Assembly (NCBI GenBank): GCA_035360455.1 | Contig: DAOSAR010000001.1 | Location: 3,328 to 67,327 of the forward strand | DNA from: Candidatus Pacearchaeota archaeon | Lineage (GTDB): Bacteria; Patescibacteriota; Minisyncoccia; Minisyncoccales; GCA-002788555 | DNA: 64,000 bases | Direction: 5' to 3' | In this document: positions 23,521 to 33,376 of the stretch, in pieces | Layout of the letters: the number at the start of each line of letters is the position of its first letter | Position numbering within the stretch: the stretch's first letter is position 1 | Made by a program: the position numbers and the translations under genes | Notes under the pieces: generated by a model | The model's database searches: none | What the model saw: the letters and a program-made list of their open reading frames with translations, nothing else | Told to the model about the DNA's origin: nothing

Positions 23521-25983
23521 TTATTTTATTAACTTGACTTCAAAAGTAATTGGATCAACCTCTATTTCATTTCCCTCTTTTATTTCGCCTGCTAAAATTG
23601 CTTTAGCAATGTTGTTTTCTATTTTATTTTGAATTACTCTTCTCATTTCTCTTGCCCCAAATTGAGGATTAAATCCGAGCTCAACAATTTTTTGAATAAG
23701 GTCTTTACTTGGAAGAAATTTAATATTTTTTTCAAAAAGCCCTTTCTTCAAATCTTCAAGCATTACTTCAGCGACTTTTTCTAAGTTTTCTTTTGAAAGA
23801 GGCTTATAAATAATAACAGCATCGAATCGGTTTAAAAATTCTGGTTTAAATATTCCTTCTTTTAAAAGTTCATCTATAAATTCTTCTTTATATTCTTCTA
23901 AATTTTTCCCCTCTTTTACCGCTTCCCAAATTAATTCAGCTCCAGCATTAGAAGTAGCGATAATAATCGTATTTTTAAAATCAACACTTCTTCCTGCTCC
24001 ATCTGTTAAATTGCCTTCATCAAAAACTTGTAAAAATAAATTTAAAATATTTGGATGAGCTTTTTCAATTTCATCTAATAAAATAAGAGAAAAAGGATCC
24101 TCTCTTACTTTAGTAGTAAAATAACCAGGTTCGGTTGGCGTTCCAATTAAGCGATCTATAGAATCTAATGTTTGATATTCAGACATATCAAGTCTAATCA
24201 TCTTTTTTTCAGAACCAAAATAAACTTTTGCCAAGCATTTTGCTGTCTCAGTTTTGCCAACACCAGTTGGTCCTAAAAAAAGAAAATTGCCTATTGTCTT
24301 TTTGCGCTCTTGAATATCAGCTCTTGCCCGTCTTAAAGCATTAGCAACTTCTGAAACCGCTTCTTCTTGATCAATTAATCTTTGATGAATGAGGTCTTCA
24401 AGATTAAGTAATACTTCTTTTTCTTTTTGAGCTACTTTTTCTACTGGAATTTCAGTTTTTTCAGAAATTAAAGCTTCAACCACATCTGGAGTTATTTCTT
24501 GAGTTCCTTTTACTCTTAAAGCATAAATCACCACCTCCTCAAGAAGGTCAACTGCTTTTTTAGGAAAGGGAACAGTTTGAATATAACGATCTGAAAGATC
24601 AATAATTTCTTTAATTGACTGAAAAGGGAAAAAAACTTTCGCCTCCTCTTCAATTTTTAAAACTTCATCTTCAAGAATTAGCAAAGTTTCTTTTTTAGTC
24701 GGTGACTTTATTTCAATTTTCTCAAATTGACTTTGAATTTCAGGGACTTGTTGAACTATCTTATGAAAACCTTCATAAGTGGTAGTTCCAATTAATCTAA
24801 AGCTTGGAAAAGAAATATATTGACTTAAAACAAAAGAAATATCAACATTATCGGCAGACTCAACATTAACTTCGCGATTAATAAAATTATGAATATCTTT
24901 TATTACTAAAATCACATTTCCTGCCGCAACTGCCTCTTCAAATATTAATTTTAAAATACCATTAATATCTCCTCCTCTCTTACCTGTTGAAATTAAAAGA
25001 GGCATATCGATTTCAAGAACTCTTTGATAGTTTAAAGAAGGAAAACTCTCACCTTGATTAATTTTTCGAACAAAATTTTTTATTATTTCTGTTCTGCCAA
25101 CTCCTACATCTCCAACGAGAAGTGCGCAATTTCTTTCAGTTTTTATTAAAGCATTCTCTAATCTTTCAATTTCTTTTTTATGTAAAAAGGTTTCTGACAA
25201 AAGATTATTTCTCTCTCTCCTTGTCAAATCAGTTGAAAAATCATCTAAATTTATAGTATATCCTGCTGTCCAATCTTCGAAAAGAGCACCTTTCCTTAGT
25301 AAATTTTCTTTTTCCCAAAATCTTTTTTTTCGTTCTTCTTCAGACAAAATTCTTTTTTGCCATAAACATACTTCTTTTACATCATCCTTTGACAAGTGTC
25401 GACTTTCTAAAAATTCCCTCAAAAGTGGTTCTGTTTCTATTAAAGCAGGCAAAAGATCAAAAATAGTAATTTTTCTCCAAGTTTTTCTAAGAATTAGACT
25501 TAAGGTTTCCTCTACCTCTCTTAAATCCTTTCTTGTGCCTATAATTTTTTCTTTAAGCTCATTCTTAATTTTTTCTTGATCTAAAAGAAGACGCTTTGGA
25601 ATAAAACCAAGCTTGTCTGAAGACAAAAGATATAAAAGCAAAAGCAAAGTGAAATCACCTTCGTTTAAAAGAGCGAAATCAACAGCTTTTGCTGCTTCAA
25701 AATCTAAAAACTCAGCAAGATTTTCTGGGTTTTTAATTTCCGGATTTTTTAATTTCTGATTAAAAAAACAACGATAAAGAAAAAATATTCCCCAAAAGAA
25801 AAATGAAAAGTAGAGAAGATTTAATGGTAACTTAAAATTAAAAGGAATCGGAGAATAAATATTTATTAACGAGAAAAGAAATAAAAGAAAAAAAACTACC
25901 TCAAAAAACCTTACCAGCTTTAAGGAGAAAATCTTTGATAATTTTACTGCTTTAAAAATGGGAGCTGTTTGGGGATCGAACAT
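23521..25983 (-). CDS. Membrane-anchored Clp/Hsp100-family AAA+ protein with a degenerate first ATPase module
   Basis: Two N-terminal TM segments. NBD1 has GDVGVGRT (Lys to Arg) and VILVIKDIH instead of hhhhDE. NBD2 is intact: [23 protein letters not shown]. Confidence 0.8.
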   Translation of the reverse strand: MFDPQTAPIFKAVKLSKIFSLKLVRFFEVVFFLLFLFSLINIYSPIPFNFKLPLNLLYFSFFFWGIFFLYRCFFNQKLKNPEIKNPENLAEFLDFEAAKAVDFALLNEGDFTLLLLLYLLSSDKLGFIPKRLLLDQEKIKNELKEKIIGTRKDLREVEETLSLILRKTWRKITIFDLLPALIETEPLLREFLESRHLSKDDVKEVCLWQKRILSEEERKKRFWEKENLLRKGALFEDWTAGYTINLDDFSTDLTRRERNNLLSETFLHKKEIERLENALIKTERNCALLVGDVGVGRTEIIKNFVRKINQGESFPSLNYQRVLEIDMPLLISTGKRGGDINGILKLIFEEAVAAGNVILVIKDIHNFINREVNVESADNVDISFVLSQYISFPSFRLIGTTTYEGFHKIVQQVPEIQSQFEKIEIKSPTKKETLLILEDEVLKIEEEAKVFFPFQSIKEIIDLSDRYIQTVPFPKKAVDLLEEVVIYALRVKGTQEITPDVVEALISEKTEIPVEKVAQKEKEVLLNLEDLIHQRLIDQEEAVSEVANALRRARADIQERKKTIGNFLFLGPTGVGKTETAKCLAKVYFGSEKKMIRLDMSEYQTLDSIDRLIGTPTEPGYFTTKVREDPFSLILLDEIEKAHPNILNLFLQVFDEGNLTDGAGRSVDFKNTIIIATSNAGAELIWEAVKEGKNLEEYKEEFIDELLKEGIFKPEFLNRFDAVIIYKPLSKENLEKVAEVMLEDLKKGLFEKNIKFLPSKDLIQKIVELGFNPQFGAREMRRVIQNKIENNIAKAILAGEIKEGNEIEVDPITFEVKLIK

Positions 25984-25991
25984 ACTAAATT

Positions 25992-26363
25992 CTAAATTAC
26001 CATTATTCCTTTTATGAAGGAAAATATCAAAAGGAAAGGAAACGCAATCCAGAGAACAAAACTAACAATTCCTCCAATTCCCACAATAATTTCAATTAAA
26101 GTTCCAATTAAAAGAACAATTAACCTTAAAAACATTCCAATAAAACGAGAAAAAGTGTTGAAAATAAAATTTCCAAACCACTCTCCAAGATTAATTCCTT
26201 TGCTCGAAGAAACAAAATAAGATCTTTTCCAGGGCGCGAAAAATGTTCTCAAAAGCAAGGGCATTGAAAGGAATCTTTGAAAAAACCAAAGATAATTTGT
26301 CCAAATTCGATAAATCTTTTTGGGGATTTCAGTAAAATACCAAGAGAAAAAAGTTGTTTCCAT
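25992..26363 (-). CDS. Small polytopic membrane protein
   Basis: 123 aa with 3 hydrophobic helices. Its stop is 8 nt before the Clp-like gene start. Confidence 0.45.
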   Translation of the reverse strand: METTFFSWYFTEIPKKIYRIWTNYLWFFQRFLSMPLLLRTFFAPWKRSYFVSSSKGINLGEWFGNFIFNTFSRFIGMFLRLIVLLIGTLIEIIVGIGGIVSFVLWIAFPFLLIFSFIKGIMVI

Positions 26364-26419
26364 AAATCTTTTTATCTATTAATTATTTTAACAAATTTAT
26401 TATTTTGCCACAAACTTTC

Positions 26420-27433
26420 TTACTTTTCTTTTGTTGCTAATTGTCCACAAGCACTTTTAATATCCCGTCCAAAACGATAACGTTCGGTAACTGAAATTCC
26501 TTCTTTTTCTAAAATCTCTCTAAATTTCTTAATCCTTTTTGATGAAGATGACTGAAAGATACCCGTTGGATTATAGGAAATCAAATTTAAAAAATAAAGT
26601 GGCTTTTTTAGCAATTTTGCTAAATTTTTTGCACATTTATCTGAATCGTTAATTCCTTTGATCATTATATATTCAAACATTACTCTTCTTTTTGTCTTTA
26701 AAATATAATTATCCACTGCCTTTAAAACTTTTTGAATGGGATATCTTTTATTTATTGGCATCAGCTCTGAACGAAGTTTATTTTCTGGCGCATGTAAAGA
26801 TATGGCTAAATTTACCTGGAGATTTTCCTCAGCTAATTTTTCAATTCCTTCGGTAATTCCTACAGTCGAAATAGAAATCTTTCTTGCGCCTATATTTAAA
26901 CCTTCTTTATCATTTAAAATTCTAATTGCTTTAATTACATTTTTATAATTTAAGAAAGGCTCTCCCATGCCCATAAATACAACATTGGTAACTTTTCTTC
27001 CACTTTTTTTTAAATAACGAGCGAAAAATAAAACTTGTTCCACTATTTCATAACTTTCAAGATTTCTTTTAAACCCCATTTTGCCAGTGGCACAAAATAC
27101 GCAGCCCAACGGACAACCAACCTCCGAAGAAACACAAACAGTATTTCTTTTGTCTTTGTGACGCATCAAAACTGTTTCAATCTTCAAACCATCTTTTAAA
27201 GTAACTAACGCTTTTATTGTATTGCTATTCTTTGAAATAAAGGTTTGAGTCTTTATTGTTAAAGAATATCTTTCATTTAAAATTTTTCTTAAAGACAAGG
27301 GCAAATTTTTTGCTTCAGACCAATCTTCAATCAAATTGCAAAAAACTGCTTCTTTTATCTGTTTTAAGCGAAAAGAAGGTTCATTTTTTAAAATTTTTTT
27401 TATAAGTTGGCTATTCATAAAAATTTTATTCAA
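26420..27433 (-). CDS. rlmN: 23S rRNA/tRNA adenine-C2 methyltransferase, radical SAM
   Basis: CPLGCVFCATG (CxxxCxxC), GMGEPFLNY, final Cys in SACGQL. Confidence 0.85.
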   Translation of the reverse strand: MNKIFMNSQLIKKILKNEPSFRLKQIKEAVFCNLIEDWSEAKNLPLSLRKILNERYSLTIKTQTFISKNSNTIKALVTLKDGLKIETVLMRHKDKRNTVCVSSEVGCPLGCVFCATGKMGFKRNLESYEIVEQVLFFARYLKKSGRKVTNVVFMGMGEPFLNYKNVIKAIRILNDKEGLNIGARKISISTVGITEGIEKLAEENLQVNLAISLHAPENKLRSELMPINKRYPIQKVLKAVDNYILKTKRRVMFEYIMIKGINDSDKCAKNLAKLLKKPLYFLNLISYNPTGIFQSSSSKRIKKFREILEKEGISVTERYRFGRDIKSACGQLATKEK

Positions 27434-27493
27434 ACTTAAAGAAAAATGGCAACTTTAAAAAATTGCCATTAAATTCGTTAAATTAAATATTCT

Positions 27494-28942
27494 TTATTTA
27501 AGAAGAGAACTTAAAATTTCTCTTGCTTTTGCAGGATTAACACGCCCTTTTGTTTCTTTCATTACTTGTCCAATTAAAAACTGAAGAGCATTTTCTTTAC
27601 CTTTTTTATAGTCTTCAACTGGTTTTGGATTTTCTTGAATGATTTTTTTGGCAATTTCTTCTATTACTACTTCATCGCTCACCTGTTTTAATTTTTTATC
27701 TTCAATAACATAAGTAGGATCAGCACCGGTTTTAAACATTTCCAAAAGTACATCTTTGCCAACCCTTGAGGAAATCTCTTTGTTCCATAAAATTGTAATA
27801 AGTTCGGCAAAGTTTTCAGGAGTAATTTTTAAATTTTTTATTGAAACATTGTTTTCTTTCATTAATCCCAAAAGATCAGTTTCTAAATAATTTGTGGCAA
27901 TTTTTATTAAAGAAGGAATCTGATCTTGAGTAATTTTTTTAGTTTTGGCCCAATCTTTTAACTCTGATGCCACCTCTTCAAAATAATCAGCTAAATCTTT
28001 ATTCTGGATTAAAATTTCTATCTCCTTTAATCCAATTTTGTATTCTTCTTGAAATCTTTCTCTTTTTTGCTGAGGTAGTTCAGGAATTGATTCTTCAATA
28101 TTTGAAAGGTTTAACGGCGGTAAGTCTGGTTCTGGAAAATAGCGATAATCATTAGCTTCTTCTTTAATTCTCTGAGAAAAAGTTTTTCCCTTTATGCTAT
28201 CCCATCCTCGGGTTTCTTGAATAATTTTCTCACCTTTATCTAAAATTTCTGATTGCCTTTTTATTTCATACTCGCTTGCTTTTTCTACTGCCTGAAAAGA
28301 ATTTAAATTTTTTATCTCAACCTTGGTTCCCAATTTTCCTTCTTTACCTAAAGAAATATTAACTTCTACCCGCATCTGTCCTTTTTCCATATCAGCGTCG
28401 GAAATGCCTAAATATCTTAAAATTAATTGAAGCTCTTCGGCAAATTGACGAGCTTCCTTTGCTGATTGAATATCAGGTTCTGTCACCAATTCCATTAAAG
28501 GTACGCCTGCTCGATTAAAGTCAATTAAAGAATAATCTTCATTTTGGGAATGCAAAAGTCTTCCAGTATCTTCTTCTAGATGAATTCTTGTTATCCGAAT
28601 TTTTCGATTTGTATTTGGAATTTTTAAGTATCCTCCCGAACATAACGGAACAGCGTATTGCGATATTTGATATCCTTTTGGCAAATCTGGATAAAAATAA
28701 TTTTTCCGCTCAAAATAAGTTTCTGCGGCAATTTTAGAATTTAATGCTAAGCCGGCTTTTATAACCATTTCTAATGCTTTTTTATTTATCACTGGCAAAG
28801 TTCCTGGATGACCCATGCAAATTGGACAAATATTTAAATTTGGCTTAGTTTCATCAGGATCATTTTCACAAGAGCAAAACATTTTTGTCTTAGTTTTTAG
28901 CTCACAATGAATCTCAAGACCAATAATGGGTGAATAATTCAT
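27494..28942 (-). CDS. gatB: Asp/Glu-tRNA amidotransferase subunit B
   Basis: IGLEIHCEL, YFPEPDLPP, C-terminal YqeY-like tail. Confidence 0.9.
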   Translation of the reverse strand: MNYSPIIGLEIHCELKTKTKMFCSCENDPDETKPNLNICPICMGHPGTLPVINKKALEMVIKAGLALNSKIAAETYFERKNYFYPDLPKGYQISQYAVPLCSGGYLKIPNTNRKIRITRIHLEEDTGRLLHSQNEDYSLIDFNRAGVPLMELVTEPDIQSAKEARQFAEELQLILRYLGISDADMEKGQMRVEVNISLGKEGKLGTKVEIKNLNSFQAVEKASEYEIKRQSEILDKGEKIIQETRGWDSIKGKTFSQRIKEEANDYRYFPEPDLPPLNLSNIEESIPELPQQKRERFQEEYKIGLKEIEILIQNKDLADYFEEVASELKDWAKTKKITQDQIPSLIKIATNYLETDLLGLMKENNVSIKNLKITPENFAELITILWNKEISSRVGKDVLLEMFKTGADPTYVIEDKKLKQVSDEVVIEEIAKKIIQENPKPVEDYKKGKENALQFLIGQVMKETKGRVNPAKAREILSSLLK

Positions 28943-28945
28943 AAA

Positions 28946-29548
28946 TTATTTAGAAGTTAGAATTTTTTTAATTTCATTAGATATTTCATTAATGGGTTTT
29001 TCGCCATCAATGAGATAAATATTTTTGAATTGCTGAGCTAATTTTTGATAATTTTGCCAAACTTTTTTAAGTTTTGTTTCTTTTTCAAATAAAGTTCGTG
29101 AAGAACGTTCTTTTTTTATTCTTTTAATGCAAATTTCTGGAGAAACTTTTAGAAGAAAAGTAATATCAGGCAAAATAAAATTTTTATTAAGATTTAATAG
29201 CCAATCGAAATCTACGTCTAAAGCGCCGTAAGCAAGGGTTGAAAGAAAATAACGGTCACAAATAATGATTGTTCCTTTTTTAAGTAAAGGAATAATTTCT
29301 TTTTCTAGATGGTAAGCTCGATCAGCGGTAAATAAAAGTTGCAAACATTTATTGCTAATTTTTGAATGGCCGGAGACATAACTCTTTATTAATTTTCCTA
29401 TCGCAAAATTAGTAGGCTCGGCAGTAAGATGAACTTTTTGTTTTTCTTTTTTAAAATGCTTTGCTAATAAAGCTACTTGAGTAGTTTTTCCAGAACCGTC
29501 TAAACCTTCAAAAACAATGAACTTTCCGGAATAAGGATTTTTTAACAT
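28946..29548 (-). CDS. tmk: Thymidylate kinase
   Basis: FIVFEGLDGSGKTTQ, DRYFLSTLAYG. Confidence 0.88.
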   Translation of the reverse strand: MLKNPYSGKFIVFEGLDGSGKTTQVALLAKHFKKEKQKVHLTAEPTNFAIGKLIKSYVSGHSKISNKCLQLLFTADRAYHLEKEIIPLLKKGTIIICDRYFLSTLAYGALDVDFDWLLNLNKNFILPDITFLLKVSPEICIKRIKKERSSRTLFEKETKLKKVWQNYQKLAQQFKNIYLIDGEKPINEISNEIKKILTSK

Positions 29549-29557
29549 TAATTTAAA

Positions 29558-30109
29558 TTAAATTTTTGGAAGCGTAAGTTTTGTTTGCTTTTGATATTTG
29601 CCTTTTTTATCAGCATAAGAAACTTGGCAAACTTGACTTCCTTTTAAAAAGAGAACTTGACAAATTCCTTCTTTTGCATAAATTTTTGCCGGCAAAGGAG
29701 TAGTATTGGAAATTTCAACAGTAACGTAACCTTCCCATTCTGCTTCTAAAGGCGTTACATTAACTACAATTCCGCAACGAGCATAAGTTGATTTCCCAAG
29801 ACAAATCCCTATCAGATCTCGCGGAATGCGAAAATATTCTAAACTTCTAGCTAAAACAAAGGAGTTCGGGGGAATTACGCATTCTTTTCCTCGGTAATTG
29901 ACAAAAGATTTTGAATCAAAATTTTTGGGATCAACAATTGCATTATTAACATTGGTAAAAATCTTAAACTCATCGGTAATTCTAAAATCATATCCATAAG
30001 AAGATAATCCAAAAGATACTACTCCTTTTCTTACTTGAGAGGTCCTAAAAGGCTTAATCATTTGATATTTTTTTACGTATTCTTTAATCTCTTTATCAGA
30101 TAAAACCAT
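29558..30109 (-). CDS. dcd: dCTP deaminase
   Basis: 183 aa, SSYGYDFRI, beta-barrel dUTPase-like family signature region GICQVLF. Confidence 0.8.
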   Translation of the reverse strand: MVLSDKEIKEYVKKYQMIKPFRTSQVRKGVVSFGLSSYGYDFRITDEFKIFTNVNNAIVDPKNFDSKSFVNYRGKECVIPPNSFVLARSLEYFRIPRDLIGICLGKSTYARCGIVVNVTPLEAEWEGYVTVEISNTTPLPAKIYAKEGICQVLFLKGSQVCQVSYADKKGKYQKQTKLTLPKI

Positions 30110-30115
30110 AAAAAT

Positions 30116-31714
30116 TTATTGATACTTAATTTCAATAAAAATCCTATCTTCTCTTTGAGGAATTTTATTAACCCAAAATGGCCAAAGTACTGCTTCTCCG
30201 TCCATTATTTTGCCTTTCATATTTTCTTTTATATATTTTTGAAAACCGTTTTCGTCTAATCCTGCTACTTCTTTTTTGATTTGATCAGCTGTTATTTTCC
30301 AAGCGATTTTTTCTTTCCCGCTAAAAGCGAGATCAATTACACCTTCGTTAATATTATTATTTAAAATTTCATAATTTATTTCTTGACTTGAAACTACTTC
30401 TTCAAACTCAACTCCATCTTTAACTTTAGAAGAGATAATATTAGCGACGATTTCTTGCACATCGTCTTCGTTAAAGCTCAAAACTTTTGCGGTTACTGTT
30501 GCTTTTCCTTTAAAAGTTTCTCCAATATCTCCTGCTTTTTTATCAAAAGTAATTTCTCCTTTTTCAACTACAATTAAATCCTTTAACACTTGCTGAAGGC
30601 TTGGTGAAACTTCTTTCAAAATTTCATTTTTTAATTCCTCTCCTGTATTATCTATTAATGTTTTCATTTCTGCTTTCGCCTTATCTAAATCTTCTTGACT
30701 AACTACTTTTGTTTGGCCAACAAAGCCACCATTCATAGGTTCAGTTGATTTTGCATAAATTAATTTATAAAGATCCGTTCCTTCTCCTAGGCCAGGTATT
30801 GTAAAATTAGTTGGTCCAATATTATATTCTTCTCCTGCTTCTTCAGCAATTACTTCTACTTCAACTTTCGAAGGATTATTTTTACTACCAGCGGGAATAT
30901 TTATCCAATCTTCACTTCTAAAAACTTTTCCATCCTCGGATTTAAAACGAGTATTTGGAACAAATCGATGAGGAGATGAATCTTCATTATAAATAATAAT
31001 TTTCCCTTTGGCTTTTGCGTTTTTATCCTCCGTCTTTGTTGCTAAAAAACTTTTTTCTATATCTTGTTTTTTTTCTATCAACTCTCCTGGGATAATTTTT
31101 TCTTTTAAATTAAATTGAGCATTATTTTTAATAGTAAACTCGCCGGAAAATTCTATTTCTTCGCTAGCTGGCACAAGAGTAATATTTGCCCGCGGAAGAT
31201 AATTTAATGAATAAAATATTCCTCCTCCTATTGCAAAAAAAAGTAAAGTATATAAAACAGGTTTAAGCCAACTTCTTTTTCTTGGAGAAGCTTTTTTTTC
31301 TGAAGTATTTTCCGCTTGAGGTACATTTAATGGAGTTCCAACTTCTATTTTTTTAATTGTCTTATTTTTTTCTTCTAGAGGGGGTTGGCTTTTTGGTAAA
31401 ATATCACTTACTTTTGGCCTAAATGATAATTCGCTTTCAGCAGAAAAACCGTCGCCAATTAACGATTCTTCAATCTCTATCCCACAATCTTCAGCTAATT
31501 TTTTATATTTTGGATCAGTAGAAAAAATAGCAAGTCTTTTATTTAAACTTTGAGCTTCTTTCTTTAAAATTGTCAGATTTTCAATATTTTTTAGGTTTTT
31601 ATTCTCTTCAGGCAAAACTAAAATAACTTTTTCTCTTTGAGCTTTTCTTATTTCCTCTCTAACCTTATTTAAATCATCTGGTGGATCAATATAAAGAATT
31701 TGAGAGTAGGGCAT
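30116..31714 (-). CDS. Hypothetical single-pass membrane protein with a large extracytoplasmic domain
   Basis: Cytoplasmic about 150 aa, TM WLKPVLYTLLFFAIGGGIFY, then about 360 aa outside. No motif I recognise. Confidence 0.4.
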   Translation of the reverse strand: MPYSQILYIDPPDDLNKVREEIRKAQREKVILVLPEENKNLKNIENLTILKKEAQSLNKRLAIFSTDPKYKKLAEDCGIEIEESLIGDGFSAESELSFRPKVSDILPKSQPPLEEKNKTIKKIEVGTPLNVPQAENTSEKKASPRKRSWLKPVLYTLLFFAIGGGIFYSLNYLPRANITLVPASEEIEFSGEFTIKNNAQFNLKEKIIPGELIEKKQDIEKSFLATKTEDKNAKAKGKIIIYNEDSSPHRFVPNTRFKSEDGKVFRSEDWINIPAGSKNNPSKVEVEVIAEEAGEEYNIGPTNFTIPGLGEGTDLYKLIYAKSTEPMNGGFVGQTKVVSQEDLDKAKAEMKTLIDNTGEELKNEILKEVSPSLQQVLKDLIVVEKGEITFDKKAGDIGETFKGKATVTAKVLSFNEDDVQEIVANIISSKVKDGVEFEEVVSSQEINYEILNNNINEGVIDLAFSGKEKIAWKITADQIKKEVAGLDENGFQKYIKENMKGKIMDGEAVLWPFWVNKIPQREDRIFIEIKYQ

Positions 31715-31747
31715 AAATAATATTATTATGATATTTTATCAAATTTT

Positions 31748-32305
31748 TTAATTAACTTCAAAGGAAACTTGCATTTTAAATTTAGCAAAAGTTTCATTAA
31801 TAATTTTGTAAAAACTTATTGGAAGATAAATATTTTCTATTGAAATAGAAACAATTTTACCCAAGAGACCAAAAGGATTTATTGCTTTTTTTTGATCAAT
31901 AAGAACTTCCTTAATTTTCGCGCTAACTAAAATAAAAGAATTTTGTGAATTATTAAATTTTTGATATTTAAAGAATGTCTCCTTTTGACATTCCTCTATC
32001 ATTTTTTTAAATTCTACTTCGCTAATTGGCTTAAAAGGATATTTCCGCAAAAATTCCATTTTGGTAATAATCTTTTTACCAATACCTTCTTTAACCCCAA
32101 CAATTGCAGAGTTAAAATTGATTCTTCTTCTTTTTTCCATTTCTAAAATTAAATCAGTTAATTTTATCTTTAAATCTTCTATTGAATTTTTATCATAAAG
32201 CATTTCTTTTGAATCTAAAATCTTAAAGTTATTTCCTTCTTCTTCTACTGAAAAAGCTTTTATTAAGCCAGGAGAAAAACTTACTGCAAGAAAAGGTGTT
32301 AGCAT
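31748..32305 (-). CDS. Hypothetical protein (weak FtsA/PilM-like N-terminus)
   Basis: FLAVSFSPGLIKAFSVEE loosely resembles the actin-fold phosphate-1 strand. Not diagnostic. Confidence 0.3.
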   Translation of the reverse strand: MLTPFLAVSFSPGLIKAFSVEEEGNNFKILDSKEMLYDKNSIEDLKIKLTDLILEMEKRRRINFNSAIVGVKEGIGKKIITKMEFLRKYPFKPISEVEFKKMIEECQKETFFKYQKFNNSQNSFILVSAKIKEVLIDQKKAINPFGLLGKIVSISIENIYLPISFYKIINETFAKFKMQVSFEVN

Positions 32306-32314
32306 ATTTAAAAT

Positions 32315-32920
32315 TTAATAATAAATTGTTTTTAATATTAATTTTGGTGTAATAAAAATTTCTATCATCGCTGCAAGAAAAAGAAACGGTAGTAAAATTT
32401 TTACAAAAAATTTTAATGAAGTTGATATTTCTTTTTTAATTTCTATCTTTTTTTTAAAAAAAATTTTTTCGATTGCAAGCTTTCCAATTTTTATTCCAGA
32501 TGCCCCTGCTAAAACTATTATTGGAATTTCGATCACTCCATGGGGTAAAATTCCAGAGAGAAAAGTTGAAAGCGATAAGTTGCCCTTTGAAAGAAAAGCG
32601 AGAATTCCCAATATTTCACCATTAGAAAAAAGAGAAAGTAAGGGGAAAATTCCAAACAATAATCCAGATAAAATTACTACAAGCGCTGCAAAAGCATTAT
32701 TTAAAAAAATATAAATAAATTGCCAGAAAGAATTCAACTTAGAAATAGGTTCAACAAATTTTTCTAATTCTTCTATAATTCCCTTGCTTGTATTTAAATC
32801 TACTGAAGAAATTATCCAACCCATGAATATTCCTAAAAGAAAAATTAAAAAACACAATAAACCCTCAAAACGCAAAGAATATAAGTAATCTTTAATTTCT
32901 TGATTTTTTAAAAATGCCAT
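32315..32920 (-). CDS. SpoIIM/DUF95-family membrane protein
   Basis: NNAFAALVVILSGLLFGIFPL, LPHGVIEIPIIVLAGASG. Confidence 0.6.
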   Translation of the reverse strand: MAFLKNQEIKDYLYSLRFEGLLCFLIFLLGIFMGWIISSVDLNTSKGIIEELEKFVEPISKLNSFWQFIYIFLNNAFAALVVILSGLLFGIFPLLSLFSNGEILGILAFLSKGNLSLSTFLSGILPHGVIEIPIIVLAGASGIKIGKLAIEKIFFKKKIEIKKEISTSLKFFVKILLPFLFLAAMIEIFITPKLILKTIYY

Positions 32921-32990
32921 ATTAAAAGATAGCTTATTTTTTAAAAAAAATAAAGGTCGAGGAATAAACCTCGACCTTAAAATTATAAAA

Positions 32991-33173
32991 TTATCTCCAA
33001 AATTTCTTTTCTAAAAAACAGCCATTTATTCCTTGAACACGATGATTACGTCGATTTACCATTAATAGAGCCTTTGCTCCGCAATTAGGACATTTTATTT
33101 CATATGGTCCCTTTCCTTCCACTTTTTTAGGAAGTTCTACTTCAGCTCCACAATTTGTGCATCGTTTCTTCAT
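32991..33173 (-). CDS. Small zinc-ribbon protein
   Basis: CTNCG...CPNCG. Strong SD AAGGAGG 8 nt upstream. Confidence 0.5.
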   Translation of the reverse strand: MKKRCTNCGAEVELPKKVEGKGPYEIKCPNCGAKALLMVNRRNHRVQGINGCFLEKKFWR

Positions 33174-33376
33174 GCTTTTTCCTCCTTTCGCTTTATTTTT
33201 TTTAAAGGACTGAGAGTAAAATCACCTCCTTTTAAAATTAAAAATTGGCGAAATTCTTAAATAAAAAATTAACCAATATTTATCTGGTTAATAATTTTTT
33301 CGGTAAAAATAAAACATTAAAATCTTTAATAAAGTAATTTTATCAAACTTATAAATTGTTGTCAAAATAATTAATT

